DNA of 64,000 nucleotides from Chroococcales cyanobacterium (GCA_038249935.1 JBBSCU010000001.1:149-64148); one strand, 5' to 3'; positions 38,991-49,364 are shown, counted from the first letter of the stretch. A program made the numbers and translations. Notes: generated by a model from the letters alone, not told the origin.

Positions 38991-41900
38991 ATGTTTGTTG
39001 ATTTCTTTATTAAGCGACCTGTATTTACAAGTGTCTGCGCCATCATAATTCTGTTGGTAGGGGCGATCAGTATCCCCACACTACCCACAGCTCAATATCC
39101 AGAGATCACCCCGACTCAAATTAACGTTAGTGCTAACTATGTCGGCGCTAATGCCGAAGTCGTAGAAAATACCGTTACAACTATCTTAGAGCGGCAGATT
39201 AATGGCGTTGAAGGCATGAAGTACATGACTTCAAACAGCAGTAACAACGGCAATAGTACAATTACCGTCACATTTGATGCATCGCGCAACAAAGATATTG
39301 CAGCGGTAGATGTGCAGAATCGGATATCGATCGCCGAACCGCTATTACCAGAAGTTGTGCAGCGAACTGGAGTCACCGTCACTAAGCAATCTAACAACAT
39401 CCTCTTAGCGATCGGGCTGTACTCAAATAACAAAGAATACGACAACGTTTTTTTAAGTAACTACGCTGACCTCTACATAACAGATGCCCTGAAAAGACTC
39501 AAGGGTGTGGGTGAGGTGCGGATTTTTGGTGAACGCCGCTATGCCATGCGCTTGTGGCTCAACCCCAACAGCCTTGCTAGCCGTAACCTCACCGCCCAAG
39601 ATGTGATCGATGCACTCAACGAGCAAAACTTACAGGTGGGTGCTGGGCAAATCGGACAGCAGCCAACATCACCAGATCAGATGTATCAAATCGATTTGCA
39701 AGCTGTTGGCAGACTAAGTGGGGCAGAGGAATTTGCCGACATGGTGATCAACACATCTGAGAATGGCACGCTGGTCAAGCTCAGAGATGTCGGTCGGGCG
39801 GAGTTGGGAGCAGAAAATTACAGTAGTTTCCTGCGATTTAAAGGCAATGAAGGTGTAGGTCTAGGGATATTTCCCAGTCCGGGGAGTAACGCTTTAGACG
39901 TTGCTAAGGTAGTGAAAGCGGAAATGATTCGACTGAGGCAAAGTTTTCCGCCAGGACTAGAATATCAAGTTGCGTTTGATACGACACTTTTTATCGAAGC
40001 ATCCCTAGCAGAAGTAGTTAAGACGTTGATAGAAGCGATCGCTTTAGTCGTCTTAGTAATTTATATCTTCTTACAAGACTGGCGGACTACACTAATTCCA
40101 GTGATTGTTGTTCCCCTAACCTTGATTGGTACTTTTGCCTTTATCAAGGTTTTTGGATTTTCGATCAACACCCTGACCATGTTTGGTTTAACTTTGGCAA
40201 CAGGATTGGTGGTTGATGACGCAATTATCGTCGTTGAAAATATCTCTCGCTTAATTGAAGATGAGGAAATGTCACCCGGACAAGCTGCCTCTGAGTCAAT
40301 GCGGGAGTTGTTCGGGGCAGTAATTGCCACATCCCTAGTGTTAATGGCTGTATTTATACCTGTGGCATTCTTCCCAGGCGCTACAGGACAGATATACAAG
40401 CAATTTGCGCTAACGATCGCCTTTTCAATGGCAATTTCTACCTTTCTGGCCATTACCCTGACTCCTTCCCTCTCCGCCTTGCTGCTGCGTCCGGGGCAAA
40501 GACAACGCGGTTGGTTGGGTTGGATTTTTGGGCAGTTTAACAGGTTTCTTGACTGGTTGCGTCGGGAATATGAGGGCATACTCAAAGGTTTGACCCGGAT
40601 CAAAGCGATCGTTGTGGGAGTATTTATATTGTTATTGGGGGTGACAGGCTGGCTTTATATCAGTGTACCTACAGCCTTTATCCCTGATGACGACCAAGGT
40701 TATTTCATCACCATTATTCAAGGGCCAGAGGGAGTTTCACTCAACTACACCAGCAAAGTCATGGCTCAGGTAGAAAAAGAAATCCTCAAATTGCCGGAAG
40801 TCACAGGTACTTTTGCGATCGGTGGCTTTGGTTTTAGTGGTAACTCTGCTAATAGTGGAGCGATTTTTTCGACACTCCAGCCTTGGGGTAAGCGTCACGA
40901 ACCGGGACAGTCAGCACAGGCAATTATTGCCAAGTTGGGGGGAATATTAGGGGGAATTCCCGAAGCGAGAATTTTCGCAGTGAATCCGCCATCTATTCAA
41001 GGTTTAGGTAGTTTTGGCGGCTTCCAGTTTCAGCTACAAGACAGAAGAGGGAACAGCGGTTTAAATAACCTACTGCAAGTTATGGGTCAGTTACTCCAAC
41101 GCGGGAATCAGACACCAGGATTGCAAGCTGTGTTTAGCACTTTTAGCGCAAATACGCCGCAGATGTTGATTGAAGTAGACCGTAACAAAGCCAAATCCCT
41201 GCAAGTTGCAGTAGACGATATCTTTAATACCCTACAGTCTTACTTGGGTTCGCGGTATGTCAACGATTTTAATTTACTACAGCGGACTTATCGGGTGTAT
41301 GTCCAAGCAGACGCTCGGTTTCGCTCTAACCCAGCGGATATCGGTAAATTATACGTGCGTTCTGCCACTAATCAGATGATTGCCCTGAGCAATTTTGTGA
41401 AAATTACTCCTACTACTGGAGCGCAAACGATTAATCATTACAACTTGTTCCGCTCGATTGAAATCAATGGCTCCGCCGCTCCTGGTTATAGTTCTGGCGA
41501 AGCAACAACAGCAATGGAGAAACTAGCAGAGCAAGTTTTGCCAGCAAGTATGGGTTATGAATGGTCGGGGATTGTCGCTGAGGAGAAACAGTCCGGCGGT
41601 CTAGCGCCTTTAATTTTTGGATTGGGACTTGTCTTCGTGTTTTTGGTGCTGGCTGCTCAGTATGAGAACTATGTTGACCCAATAATTATTATGTTGTCAG
41701 TTCCTCTAGCTATTTTGGGGGCGTTGTCAGCGCAGACGTTGCGGGGTTTACCTAACGATGTGTTTTGCCAAGTTGGTTTAGTGATGCTGATTGGTTTGGC
41801 AAGTAAAAATGCCATTCTGATTGTGGAATTTGCCAACCAACTGCAAGAGCGGGGTCTTTCAATTACCAAAGCAGCGGTGCAAGCATCACAAGAACGTTTG

Positions 41901-42167
41901 CGACCGATCTTGATGACTACCTTCGCCTTTGTCTTGGGTGTTTGGCCATTGGTAAATCCCGAAGGAGCAGGAGCAGCTAGTAGGAAATCTCTGGGGACTG
42001 CGATCGCTGGTGGTACGATTGTCTCTACTTTCTTGAGTCTGTTTTTTGTCCCAATTTTATATATCGTCATTGGCAACATTCGCCATCGCTTCAGTCCACG
42101 TCGTCATCAAATTCAAGAGGTAGATGTTAGTCAAGATGGCAAAGTTCCTTCTACTAGCCATCGGTAA
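38991..42167 (+). CDS. RND efflux permease (AcrB/HAE1 family)
   Basis: MFVDFFIKRPVF, GLVVDDAIIVVENI, GLASKNAILIVEFA, RLRPILMT. Confidence 0.96.
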   Translation: MFVDFFIKRPVFTSVCAIIILLVGAISIPTLPTAQYPEITPTQINVSANYVGANAEVVENTVTTILERQINGVEGMKYMTSNSSNNGNSTITVTFDASRNKDIAAVDVQNRISIAEPLLPEVVQRTGVTVTKQSNNILLAIGLYSNNKEYDNVFLSNYADLYITDALKRLKGVGEVRIFGERRYAMRLWLNPNSLASRNLTAQDVIDALNEQNLQVGAGQIGQQPTSPDQMYQIDLQAVGRLSGAEEFADMVINTSENGTLVKLRDVGRAELGAENYSSFLRFKGNEGVGLGIFPSPGSNALDVAKVVKAEMIRLRQSFPPGLEYQVAFDTTLFIEASLAEVVKTLIEAIALVVLVIYIFLQDWRTTLIPVIVVPLTLIGTFAFIKVFGFSINTLTMFGLTLATGLVVDDAIIVVENISRLIEDEEMSPGQAASESMRELFGAVIATSLVLMAVFIPVAFFPGATGQIYKQFALTIAFSMAISTFLAITLTPSLSALLLRPGQRQRGWLGWIFGQFNRFLDWLRREYEGILKGLTRIKAIVVGVFILLLGVTGWLYISVPTAFIPDDDQGYFITIIQGPEGVSLNYTSKVMAQVEKEILKLPEVTGTFAIGGFGFSGNSANSGAIFSTLQPWGKRHEPGQSAQAIIAKLGGILGGIPEARIFAVNPPSIQGLGSFGGFQFQLQDRRGNSGLNNLLQVMGQLLQRGNQTPGLQAVFSTFSANTPQMLIEVDRNKAKSLQVAVDDIFNTLQSYLGSRYVNDFNLLQRTYRVYVQADARFRSNPADIGKLYVRSATNQMIALSNFVKITPTTGAQTINHYNLFRSIEINGSAAPGYSSGEATTAMEKLAEQVLPASMGYEWSGIVAEEKQSGGLAPLIFGLGLVFVFLVLAAQYENYVDPIIIMLSVPLAILGALSAQTLRGLPNDVFCQVGLVMLIGLASKNAILIVEFANQLQERGLSITKAAVQASQERLRPILMTTFAFVLGVWPLVNPEGAGAASRKSLGTAIAGGTIVSTFLSLFFVPILYIVIGNIRHRFSPRRHQIQEVDVSQDGKVPSTSHR

Positions 42168-42227
42168 GCAAGTTAAAAATATTCGTAGGTTGGGTTGAGG
42201 CTTTACATTGGTGTCAACTTCAGCCCT

Positions 42228-42405
42228 CAATACGGTTCGGATAAGACTTGATCCCCCCAACCCCCTTAAAAAGGGGGGCTAAGAATAGCTCTATTTCCCC
42301 CTTTTTAAGGGGAGCCAGTCCGTTGGGCGGGTTTCCCGACTTGAAGGATCTGGCGTGGACTAAGGGGGATCTTTAAGGACTATGCACCTTAACCGAACCG
42401 TATTG
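42228..42405. mobile_element. MITE-like element with 18-bp TIR and nested palindromic cargo
   Basis: CAATACGGTTCGGATAAG / CTTAACCGAACCGTATTG (17/18). Confidence 0.8.
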
Positions 42406-42410
42406 CAAAC

Positions 42411-42645
42411 TACTCGACAGTCCGAGCTTTTTACCCGACAGTCCGAGCTTTTGACTCGACACTCCGAGCTTTTGACTCGACACTCCGAGCTTTTGACTCG
42501 ACACTCCGAGCTTTTGACTCGACACTCCGGGCTTTTTACTCGACACTCCGGGCTTTTTACCCGACACGCCGAGCTTTTTACCCGACACGCCGAGCTTTTT
42601 ACTTGACAGTCCGAGCTTTTTACCCGACACTCCGAGCTTTTTACT
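42411..42645 (+). repeat. 21-bp tandem array, 11 copies
   Basis: Unit KACYCGACASTCCGRGCTTTT, starting 5 bp from the TIR. Confidence 0.96.
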
Positions 42646-42770
42646 AAAAGTCTCAAGTGCAGCATGATATAAATCAATACACTGTAGATAATTGGTCTTT
42701 GAAGACGTGGTAAATTGCGTCTCTACATCAGGACTTCGCGCTGATCCCAAGGGTATCGGGTTAGAAACCG

Positions 42771-42818
42771 CACGCCAGTCGCCTTAAGTCGGGAAACCCG
42801 CCCACGGCGCTGGCTCCC
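42771..42818. repeat. 48-bp dispersed repeat, inverted relative to the copy at 42310-42357
   Basis: CACGCCAGTCGCCTTAAGTCGGGAAACCCGCCCACGGCGCTGGCTCCC. Confidence 0.8.
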
Positions 42819-42873
42819 CAACGCACTGGTTCGTCTACACAAGTAAAATTGCTTTATATACATCGTAACTAAC

Positions 42874-44067
42874 ATGAATTCACCAGAAGATCACAGCCAG
42901 TTTGAACTACAGAAACCAATTTATCTACAGTTAAACTTTCAAATTATTTGTGCAGTTGTACTGATTGCTGTTATCGGAGTTTCCAGCGTGACTCCAGCTT
43001 TTCCCAAGCTAGCTAAAGATTTAAATATCAATCCGAAAAACTTGGGTTTATTGATTACAGTATTTACATTACCATCTCTGATTTTAGGGCCAATTATTGG
43101 TGTCCTTGCTGATAGATGGGGGAGAAAGAGAATTATCGTTCCTTCACTATTTTTATTTGGCATAGCTGGTACAGCTTGCGCCTTTGCCCGCGACTTTAAT
43201 TTATTGCTATGGTTGCGTTTACTGCAAGGAATTGGTGCTGCTTCTTTGCTTTCTCTGAGTATTACCTTAATCGGCGATTTGTATAAAGGAGAAAGACGAA
43301 CTACCGCAATGGGTTACAATGCCAGTATCAGCAGTGTTGGCACCGCAACTTATCCACTGATAGGTGGCGCATTAGCAACAATGGGTTGGTATTATCCCTT
43401 CGCGCTGCCCATATTAGCGATTCCTCTGGGGTTGCTGGTGTTGTTTGCACTTAAAAATCCCGAACCACAAGGCGATCGCAACCTCAAACAGTATTTAAAC
43501 AATGCTGTAAAAGTTCTGAAAAATCGTCAGTTATTTGGACTTTTTATTGCCAGTGCAGCTAACTTTGTTTTTCTTTATGGCGCTTATGTTACTTATTTAC
43601 CACAATTAATTAGCGATACATTTAAAGCGCCGCCTACCATAATTGGGTTGCTACTTTCTAGTGTTTCTGTGGCAATTACAATTACATCTTCTCAGTTAGG
43701 CAGATTAGCTAGAAGATTTCCAGCTAAGACTTTAATTAGTGCATCTTATATTTTCTATGGTTTAGCAATGTTAATTGTTCCCTTTGTGACAAATCTATGG
43801 TTATTATTAATCCCTAGTACAATTTTTGGTATTGGACTTGGCATTGGTTTTCCTAGCATCCAAACACTTTTAGCAGATTTAGCACCAAGAGAATATTTAG
43901 CGACTATTATATCGGTAAACGGTACATTTTTTGGATTAGGGCAAACCTTAGGGCCGTTGTTGATGGGTTATGCCTTTAGTTTTGGCGGAATTAATAGCGT
44001 GTTTTACGCAGCGGCGAGTTTTGCAATTATTGTCTTTTTTGTGTTTAGATATTTTACTTGTGTGTGA
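42874..44067 (+). CDS. MFS transporter (DHA1-like)
   Basis: GVLADRWGRKR, RLLQGIG, 12-TM pattern. Confidence 0.92.
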   Translation: MNSPEDHSQFELQKPIYLQLNFQIICAVVLIAVIGVSSVTPAFPKLAKDLNINPKNLGLLITVFTLPSLILGPIIGVLADRWGRKRIIVPSLFLFGIAGTACAFARDFNLLLWLRLLQGIGAASLLSLSITLIGDLYKGERRTTAMGYNASISSVGTATYPLIGGALATMGWYYPFALPILAIPLGLLVLFALKNPEPQGDRNLKQYLNNAVKVLKNRQLFGLFIASAANFVFLYGAYVTYLPQLISDTFKAPPTIIGLLLSSVSVAITITSSQLGRLARRFPAKTLISASYIFYGLAMLIVPFVTNLWLLLIPSTIFGIGLGIGFPSIQTLLADLAPREYLATIISVNGTFFGLGQTLGPLLMGYAFSFGGINSVFYAAASFAIIVFFVFRYFTCV

Positions 44068-44135
44068 GCATTGTCTTATATAGTAAGTATTGCTCATGTA
44101 ATCTAACTTTCTTAATTACGAATTACGAATTAATA

Positions 44136-45761
44136 TTATTTACCCTGCCATAGCTGCCGCAACGACTGAAAAATATTTACAAATCTCTCTTCTAGCCAGA
44201 GCATAATATAATCAAGCCATTCCAGAAGTTGCTCTAAAGGGTGTTTCTCATAGCCAGTTGAAGTTGCTTTAGTTTCTATCCAATCTGGCTGTGCCTCAAC
44301 TTGACTGCTTTGGTGAAACTGCTGCTGCAAAATCTCCCCTTCGTAATTATCGCTTTTACTTTGGGAAATGCGAGCTTGGGTTTGTTTTACAGAAGCGACT
44401 TTTCCCGATATTTTTTGACTTGAGGTAACATTAGTAGTTGGTTGTTTCTTTCGTACTAAGCCAGAGCCAACTTTAGGTTGTTTGACAGTCAAATTATTTT
44501 GTGAAAAATGTCCTACTGGTAAACTTGAGGCTAAAGCAGAATTTATAGTTTGAGAAAGTGCAACTGGCTTGTCAGAAACGGTTTCGGTGTTACCAAATAA
44601 ATCATTCCACGTTAGCCAAGGATCATCTGTTAAATCTTGGTTCTCGAACTGACGGCTTTTGGACAAGGCTTTTCTAATGCGTGGTGATAATAGTTTACCT
44701 GGCAATCTATCATCACTAGTTGTTGGCTCAAGTCTTTTTCTACTACCAACACCAAAAAAGTAATTAAGCGCCGCCTCAATCAAAGCCTGAAGATTCAGTG
44801 TATGAGTTTCCAAACCATCAGTAGTAGTTGCAATTTGTCCTCTAGCAGCTAATTGCTCTGTGCCATAAAGAAATATATTTAACTGAGTTTGGGCAACTTG
44901 GACAATTTCCTGGCTACGTTCTTGCACTGGAACTAGAGCATTGGATTCCAATTTAGCAAAGGCTATATCTAGAAATGCTAATAATCTATCTGTATGAAGT
45001 AAATCTTTTGGTATCCCCTCAGCTAAAACTGGAGTTTTAGCTGTATTTCCGTCAGTGAGCTTTGCTAACAAACGGTCAATTTGTGGTAATAACTCCGTCT
45101 CTTTTTTAGCTATAATTAACTGCCAGGACTTCCAATAATTAGCAACTTCGTTAATAATCCGGTCTTCTATTTTTCCCTGCTGTTGGGATGTCAAAATATC
45201 TAGAATTTCATTGTCGGTAGTAACAAGTACTAAGCGACGATTTATCAAACTCGTGGCAATTCCCCGTACTTCTGGAAGATGCTGTTTGAGACTTACGACT
45301 TTATTCTCGGTAATATTTGATGATTGAGTAAGATTAGCGTTATTTGGAGAGTTATTATCAACTAATTTCAGCCGAAAAGCTCTCAATAAAGCCAAGGGAT
45401 TGAAAGTTTCAGATATTTTTGCGGGACTAGAGGCGGGTTCATCAAATGATAGATAATGGACAGCCTCTAGTACGTTTTGAATAGGACTATCAACATTTGG
45501 CAGAGTTTCGCGTTGGAAATCGATATCATTTGGTTGTAACTTTAGTCTAGTTTGTGGTTCTTTGGTGTATAGGGTTTTCCCAGATGATTCCGATGAATGA
45601 AACAGTAGATACACTGGGTAAAGTAGTACCTCGACACCCCACTTGGTGGCAACTTCCAAATGCCGAAAGGTGTGTTCCCATTGTTCTGTCACCCGCCGAG
45701 ATTGCTGATGGACAAAGTTAAATAGTCTGCTTTGATAACGACCAGAGGAACCAGAAGACAT
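44136..45761 (-). CDS. Hypothetical protein (conserved-looking termini, Ser/Gln-rich middle)
   Basis: 541-aa open frame; N-terminal YQSRLFNFV, C-terminal DWIETKA..GYEKHPLEQLLEWLD. Confidence 0.8.
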   Translation of the reverse strand: MSSGSSGRYQSRLFNFVHQQSRRVTEQWEHTFRHLEVATKWGVEVLLYPVYLLFHSSESSGKTLYTKEPQTRLKLQPNDIDFQRETLPNVDSPIQNVLEAVHYLSFDEPASSPAKISETFNPLALLRAFRLKLVDNNSPNNANLTQSSNITENKVVSLKQHLPEVRGIATSLINRRLVLVTTDNEILDILTSQQQGKIEDRIINEVANYWKSWQLIIAKKETELLPQIDRLLAKLTDGNTAKTPVLAEGIPKDLLHTDRLLAFLDIAFAKLESNALVPVQERSQEIVQVAQTQLNIFLYGTEQLAARGQIATTTDGLETHTLNLQALIEAALNYFFGVGSRKRLEPTTSDDRLPGKLLSPRIRKALSKSRQFENQDLTDDPWLTWNDLFGNTETVSDKPVALSQTINSALASSLPVGHFSQNNLTVKQPKVGSGLVRKKQPTTNVTSSQKISGKVASVKQTQARISQSKSDNYEGEILQQQFHQSSQVEAQPDWIETKATSTGYEKHPLEQLLEWLDYIMLWLEERFVNIFQSLRQLWQGK

Positions 45762-45848
45762 AATAATAATTTTTTAGTTCAAGTCTTGTTGAGTTGTGAG
45801 ACTCGCGCCAAACAATAAAAACGATTAACACCTCATTTTAGCGAAAAT

Positions 45849-48800
45849 ATGACACCGACTGTCTCTCAATCCGATGCCAAATTCATCTTACAAGCGATTG
45901 AGCAACTGCGCTCTTTTTGTCAAGTTAATCTTCAGTCTACTTGGCTACACCAGGAATCTGACTTAATTATTACTGATGTTGTAGCTGCTGATTTGTCTCG
46001 TTGGCAACCTGTTCAGTTAGATGCTAAAGAATATATTGCTTGGACAGGTGGGGAAAAAGTGTTATGGCTAGTGCAAAAATTGGTGGTTCCCCAAGATTTA
46101 CACGGTTATCCTTTAGCTGGGTTATCTTTGCGGCTGGCGCTGGTTTGGTGGGCAAATTCTGCTGAGATTTATGTAAATGGGGAGTTGGTGGTGGAGGGTG
46201 ATTTATTTGACTGTTCGCCGAGAGTGCTTCTCAGTCAGGGGGTAACGCCAGGGGAAGAGTTTATTGTGGCTTTGCGGTTAGTGAGTCCGGGACATTGTGA
46301 TGGTGCTTTAGTGCGATCGCTTTTATTTTATGAGTCTATTGATAATAATAATCCTGATCCGGGTTTTGTGGCTGATGAGTTAGCTGTAGTGCAACTTTAT
46401 TTGGAAAAATTTGCGCCGGAGAGGTTGGATGTTTTGGCGGCGATGGTGGGGGAGGTTACGAACCGCAGAGGCGCAGAGGACACGGAGGAAGAGAAGGGAG
46501 AGTTGGTAAAGTCGTTTTTGTCGCTACGCCGAAACTTAATTAAATCGGACATCTTAGCCCCCCTTTTGAAGGGGGATCAAAAATCTAAAATTTTCCTGTT
46601 GGGTCATGCTCACTTGGATTTAGCATGGTTATGGCCTGTGAGTGAAACTTGGAATGCGGCGCAAAACACTTTTGAGTCGGTTCTGAAGTTGCAAGAAGAT
46701 TTTCCTGAGTTAATTTTCTGTCATTCGACTCCCGCACTTTATGCTTGGATTGAGGAACATCGCCCGGATTTGTTTGAGGCGATTCAAGCACAGGTAGCCG
46801 CTGGACGCTGGGAAGTTGTCGGTGGAATGTGGGTGGAACCGGAACTTAATTTGATTGCTGGTGAATCAATCGTTCGTCAGTTATTGTACGGCCAGCGATA
46901 TATACAGGAGAAATTTGGCAAGCTTTCTACTGTGGTGTGGGTTCCAGATTCTTTTGGTTTTTGTGCAACTTTACCGCAGTTTTTCGCTAATGCCGGAATT
47001 GAGTATTTTGTCACGCAGAAGTTACGCTGGAATGATACTACTAAGTTTGATTATGGGGCTTTTTGGTGGCGATCGCCTGACGGCAGTGAAATCTTTAGTT
47101 TGATGTCTGCACCCATCGGTGAAACCATTGACCCGGTTAAAATGGCATCATCTGCTCTTGAATGGCAATCCCAAACTGGTTTACTACAATCCCTTTGGCT
47201 TCCCGGTGTCGGCGACCACGGCGGCGGTCCCACTCGTGATATGTTAGAAACCGCCCAACGCTGGCAAAAGTCGCCTTTCTTCCCAGATTTGGAATTTACG
47301 ACGGCTGAAAAATATTTACAGCAAATCGTAGAGACGCGATTCACCGCGTCTGGACAGGATTCTCCCCCATCCTTCCCCATCTGGAATGACGAACTATACT
47401 TAGAATTCCATCGCGGTTGCTATACTACCCACGCAGATCAAAAACGCTGGAATCGTCGTTGTGAAATTTTATTGTATGAAGCTGAACTATTTGCAACTTT
47501 AGCAAATATCAGTTGTGGTCTGACATATCCCAAAGAAGAAATCGAAGCAGCTTGGAAACTGGTGTTATTTCAACAGTTTCACGATATTTTACCTGGTTCT
47601 TCAATTAGCCAAGTTTATCTGGATGCGCTACCGCAATGGCAGCAAGTGGAACAAATAGGAACGAAGATATTACAGTCATCACTTTTAGCGATCGCATCTC
47701 ATATTACCCGATCAGAACCACCAAAATCCGATAGTTTGCCTATTTTCGTGTTCAATTCTCTCAATTGGCAGCGTTCCGAGGTAGTCTCTATAGCCTTACC
47801 CACGCCACCAACAACTACCCAAGAATGGCAGATTTACGATACTTCTGGAAAACAGCTTATCTCCCAATTATCTGCACAATCAACGCTACTATTTCTCGCC
47901 GCCGAAATTCCACCCGTAGGCTACCGCATATTTTGGCTTTCCCCCTCATCTCCCAGTAGAGACGCGATTAATCGCGTCTCTACCCACTCCCCAATCCTCC
48001 CAGACTGGATTTTAGAAAATGAATTCTTGCGAGTTGTGATAGATCCTGACACTGGAGATTTATCAAGTATTTTTGACAAAACTTATCAACGGGAAGTTTT
48101 GAGTGGCGCAGGAAATCAACTACAAGCTTTTAAAGATAGTGGTCAATATTGGGATGCTTGGAATATTGATCCCAATTATGCTGATCATCCCTTACCCTCA
48201 ACAAATCTTCAATCTATTCAGTGGCTAGAACAAGGTACAGTGCAAAGTCGTGTGCGTGTGGTGCGTCAGTTGGGTGAATCGGAATTTTGCCAAGATTATA
48301 TTCTCCAAGCTGGTTCACCTCTGCTGAATATCGCCACCACCGTCAATTGGCAAGAAAATCATGTATTAGTGAAAGCTGCTTTTCCTTTGAATGTCGAAGC
48401 AGATTTTGCTACCTATGAAATTCCCTGCGGCGCTATTCGCCGTTCAACTAAACCCCTAACACCCGCAGAACAAGCAAAATGGGAAGTCCCCGCCTTACGT
48501 TGGGCTGATTTAACTGGGGAGATAAAGGAGGGTTTATATGGTGTCAGCTTGCTGAATGATTCTAAATATGGTTATGACAGCAAACCAAATCAACTCCGCC
48601 TGACACTGCTACGAAGTTCTACTTGGCCAGATATAGACGCTGACAGAGGCTTTCACGAATTTACATATACATTGTATCCCCACGGCGATCGCTGGGAATC
48701 AGCCCAGACGGTACGACGTGGCTATGAATTGAATACACCTTTACAAGTAATAGTCAACTCACTTAGTAGTTACAACTGTACACAGGCTAAAGGCTCCGCT

Positions 48801-49097
48801 ACCGCTAACAGCACTCTTGACAGGGCGAGTTTCCTGAATTTATCAGCCGAAAATTTAATCTTGATGGCCTTGAAACCATCTGAAGATGATCCGCAACAGT
48901 TGATTCTGCGGTGTTATGAATGTCACGGAGACACAGCCAAGCTATCTTTACAAAGTGATTTAGGGTTGAGTCTAGGAGACACGGTAGATTTGTTGGAGCG
49001 TTCCTCAACTACTGAATTCTCATCTGGGCAACAAATCTTGACGATACCACCCTGGAAAATCGCCAGTTTCAAGGTGATACCAGCGACTAATCCTTAA
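45849..49097 (+). CDS. GH38 alpha-mannosidase
   Basis: GHAHLDLAWLWP, VPDSFG, GDHGGGP, YLEFHRGCYTT, QFHDILPGS. Confidence 0.95.
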   Translation: MTPTVSQSDAKFILQAIEQLRSFCQVNLQSTWLHQESDLIITDVVAADLSRWQPVQLDAKEYIAWTGGEKVLWLVQKLVVPQDLHGYPLAGLSLRLALVWWANSAEIYVNGELVVEGDLFDCSPRVLLSQGVTPGEEFIVALRLVSPGHCDGALVRSLLFYESIDNNNPDPGFVADELAVVQLYLEKFAPERLDVLAAMVGEVTNRRGAEDTEEEKGELVKSFLSLRRNLIKSDILAPLLKGDQKSKIFLLGHAHLDLAWLWPVSETWNAAQNTFESVLKLQEDFPELIFCHSTPALYAWIEEHRPDLFEAIQAQVAAGRWEVVGGMWVEPELNLIAGESIVRQLLYGQRYIQEKFGKLSTVVWVPDSFGFCATLPQFFANAGIEYFVTQKLRWNDTTKFDYGAFWWRSPDGSEIFSLMSAPIGETIDPVKMASSALEWQSQTGLLQSLWLPGVGDHGGGPTRDMLETAQRWQKSPFFPDLEFTTAEKYLQQIVETRFTASGQDSPPSFPIWNDELYLEFHRGCYTTHADQKRWNRRCEILLYEAELFATLANISCGLTYPKEEIEAAWKLVLFQQFHDILPGSSISQVYLDALPQWQQVEQIGTKILQSSLLAIASHITRSEPPKSDSLPIFVFNSLNWQRSEVVSIALPTPPTTTQEWQIYDTSGKQLISQLSAQSTLLFLAAEIPPVGYRIFWLSPSSPSRDAINRVSTHSPILPDWILENEFLRVVIDPDTGDLSSIFDKTYQREVLSGAGNQLQAFKDSGQYWDAWNIDPNYADHPLPSTNLQSIQWLEQGTVQSRVRVVRQLGESEFCQDYILQAGSPLLNIATTVNWQENHVLVKAAFPLNVEADFATYEIPCGAIRRSTKPLTPAEQAKWEVPALRWADLTGEIKEGLYGVSLLNDSKYGYDSKPNQLRLTLLRSSTWPDIDADRGFHEFTYTLYPHGDRWESAQTVRRGYELNTPLQVIVNSLSSYNCTQAKGSATANSTLDRASFLNLSAENLILMALKPSEDDPQQLILRCYECHGDTAKLSLQSDLGLSLGDTVDLLERSSTTEFSSGQQILTIPPWKIASFKVIPATNP
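47328..47355. repeat. SDR variant inserted in frame in the mannosidase
   Basis: GTAGAGACGCGATTCACCGCGTCTGGAC encodes VETRFTASG. Confidence 0.8.
47956..47983. repeat. Perfect 28-bp SDR palindrome inserted in frame in the mannosidase
   Basis: GTAGAGACGCGATTAATCGCGTCTCTAC encodes RDAINRVST. Confidence 0.92.
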
Positions 49098-49101
49098 CTG
49101 G

Positions 49102-49146
49102 GAGACGCGATTAATCGCGTCTCTACAAGCGATTAATCGCGTCTCT
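49102..49146. repeat. SDR palindrome with a partial tandem duplication
   Basis: GAGACGCGATTAATCGCGTCTCTACAAGCGATTAATCGCGTCTCT between the convergent mannosidase and psbN. Confidence 0.88.
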
Positions 49147-49147
49147 T

Positions 49148-49279
49148 TTAGTCTTCATGGTCATCATAAGGATCGTTCAATTGCTTGCTAGGAGGGCCAA
49201 AGGAGGTATAAATCGACAGTACGGTGATGGCAACCACCATGACAGCCACAGAAATGCTAAGAACTATTGCGGGTTCCAT
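49148..49279 (-). CDS. psbN: PsbN, 43 aa (absent from the ORF track)
   Basis: Hand translation MEPAIVLSISVAVMVVAITVLSIYTSFGPPSKQLNDPYDDHED; divergent from psbH. Confidence 0.96.
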   Translation of the reverse strand: MEPAIVLSISVAVMVVAITVLSIYTSFGPPSKQLNDPYDDHED

Positions 49280-49364
49280 AATTGAGGTATAGATTATAAG
49301 TGCTATTCTTATAGAATATTACAGAAGATTAAAAAAAGCTTTGGCAAGTAATGTTAGGTGAACT

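Noticed and set aside
42360-42750. Three overlapping repeat ORFs (SSECRVK, SQKLGVS, RHSELLT)
   Set aside because: A stop-free 21-bp unit explains them; no independent coding evidence
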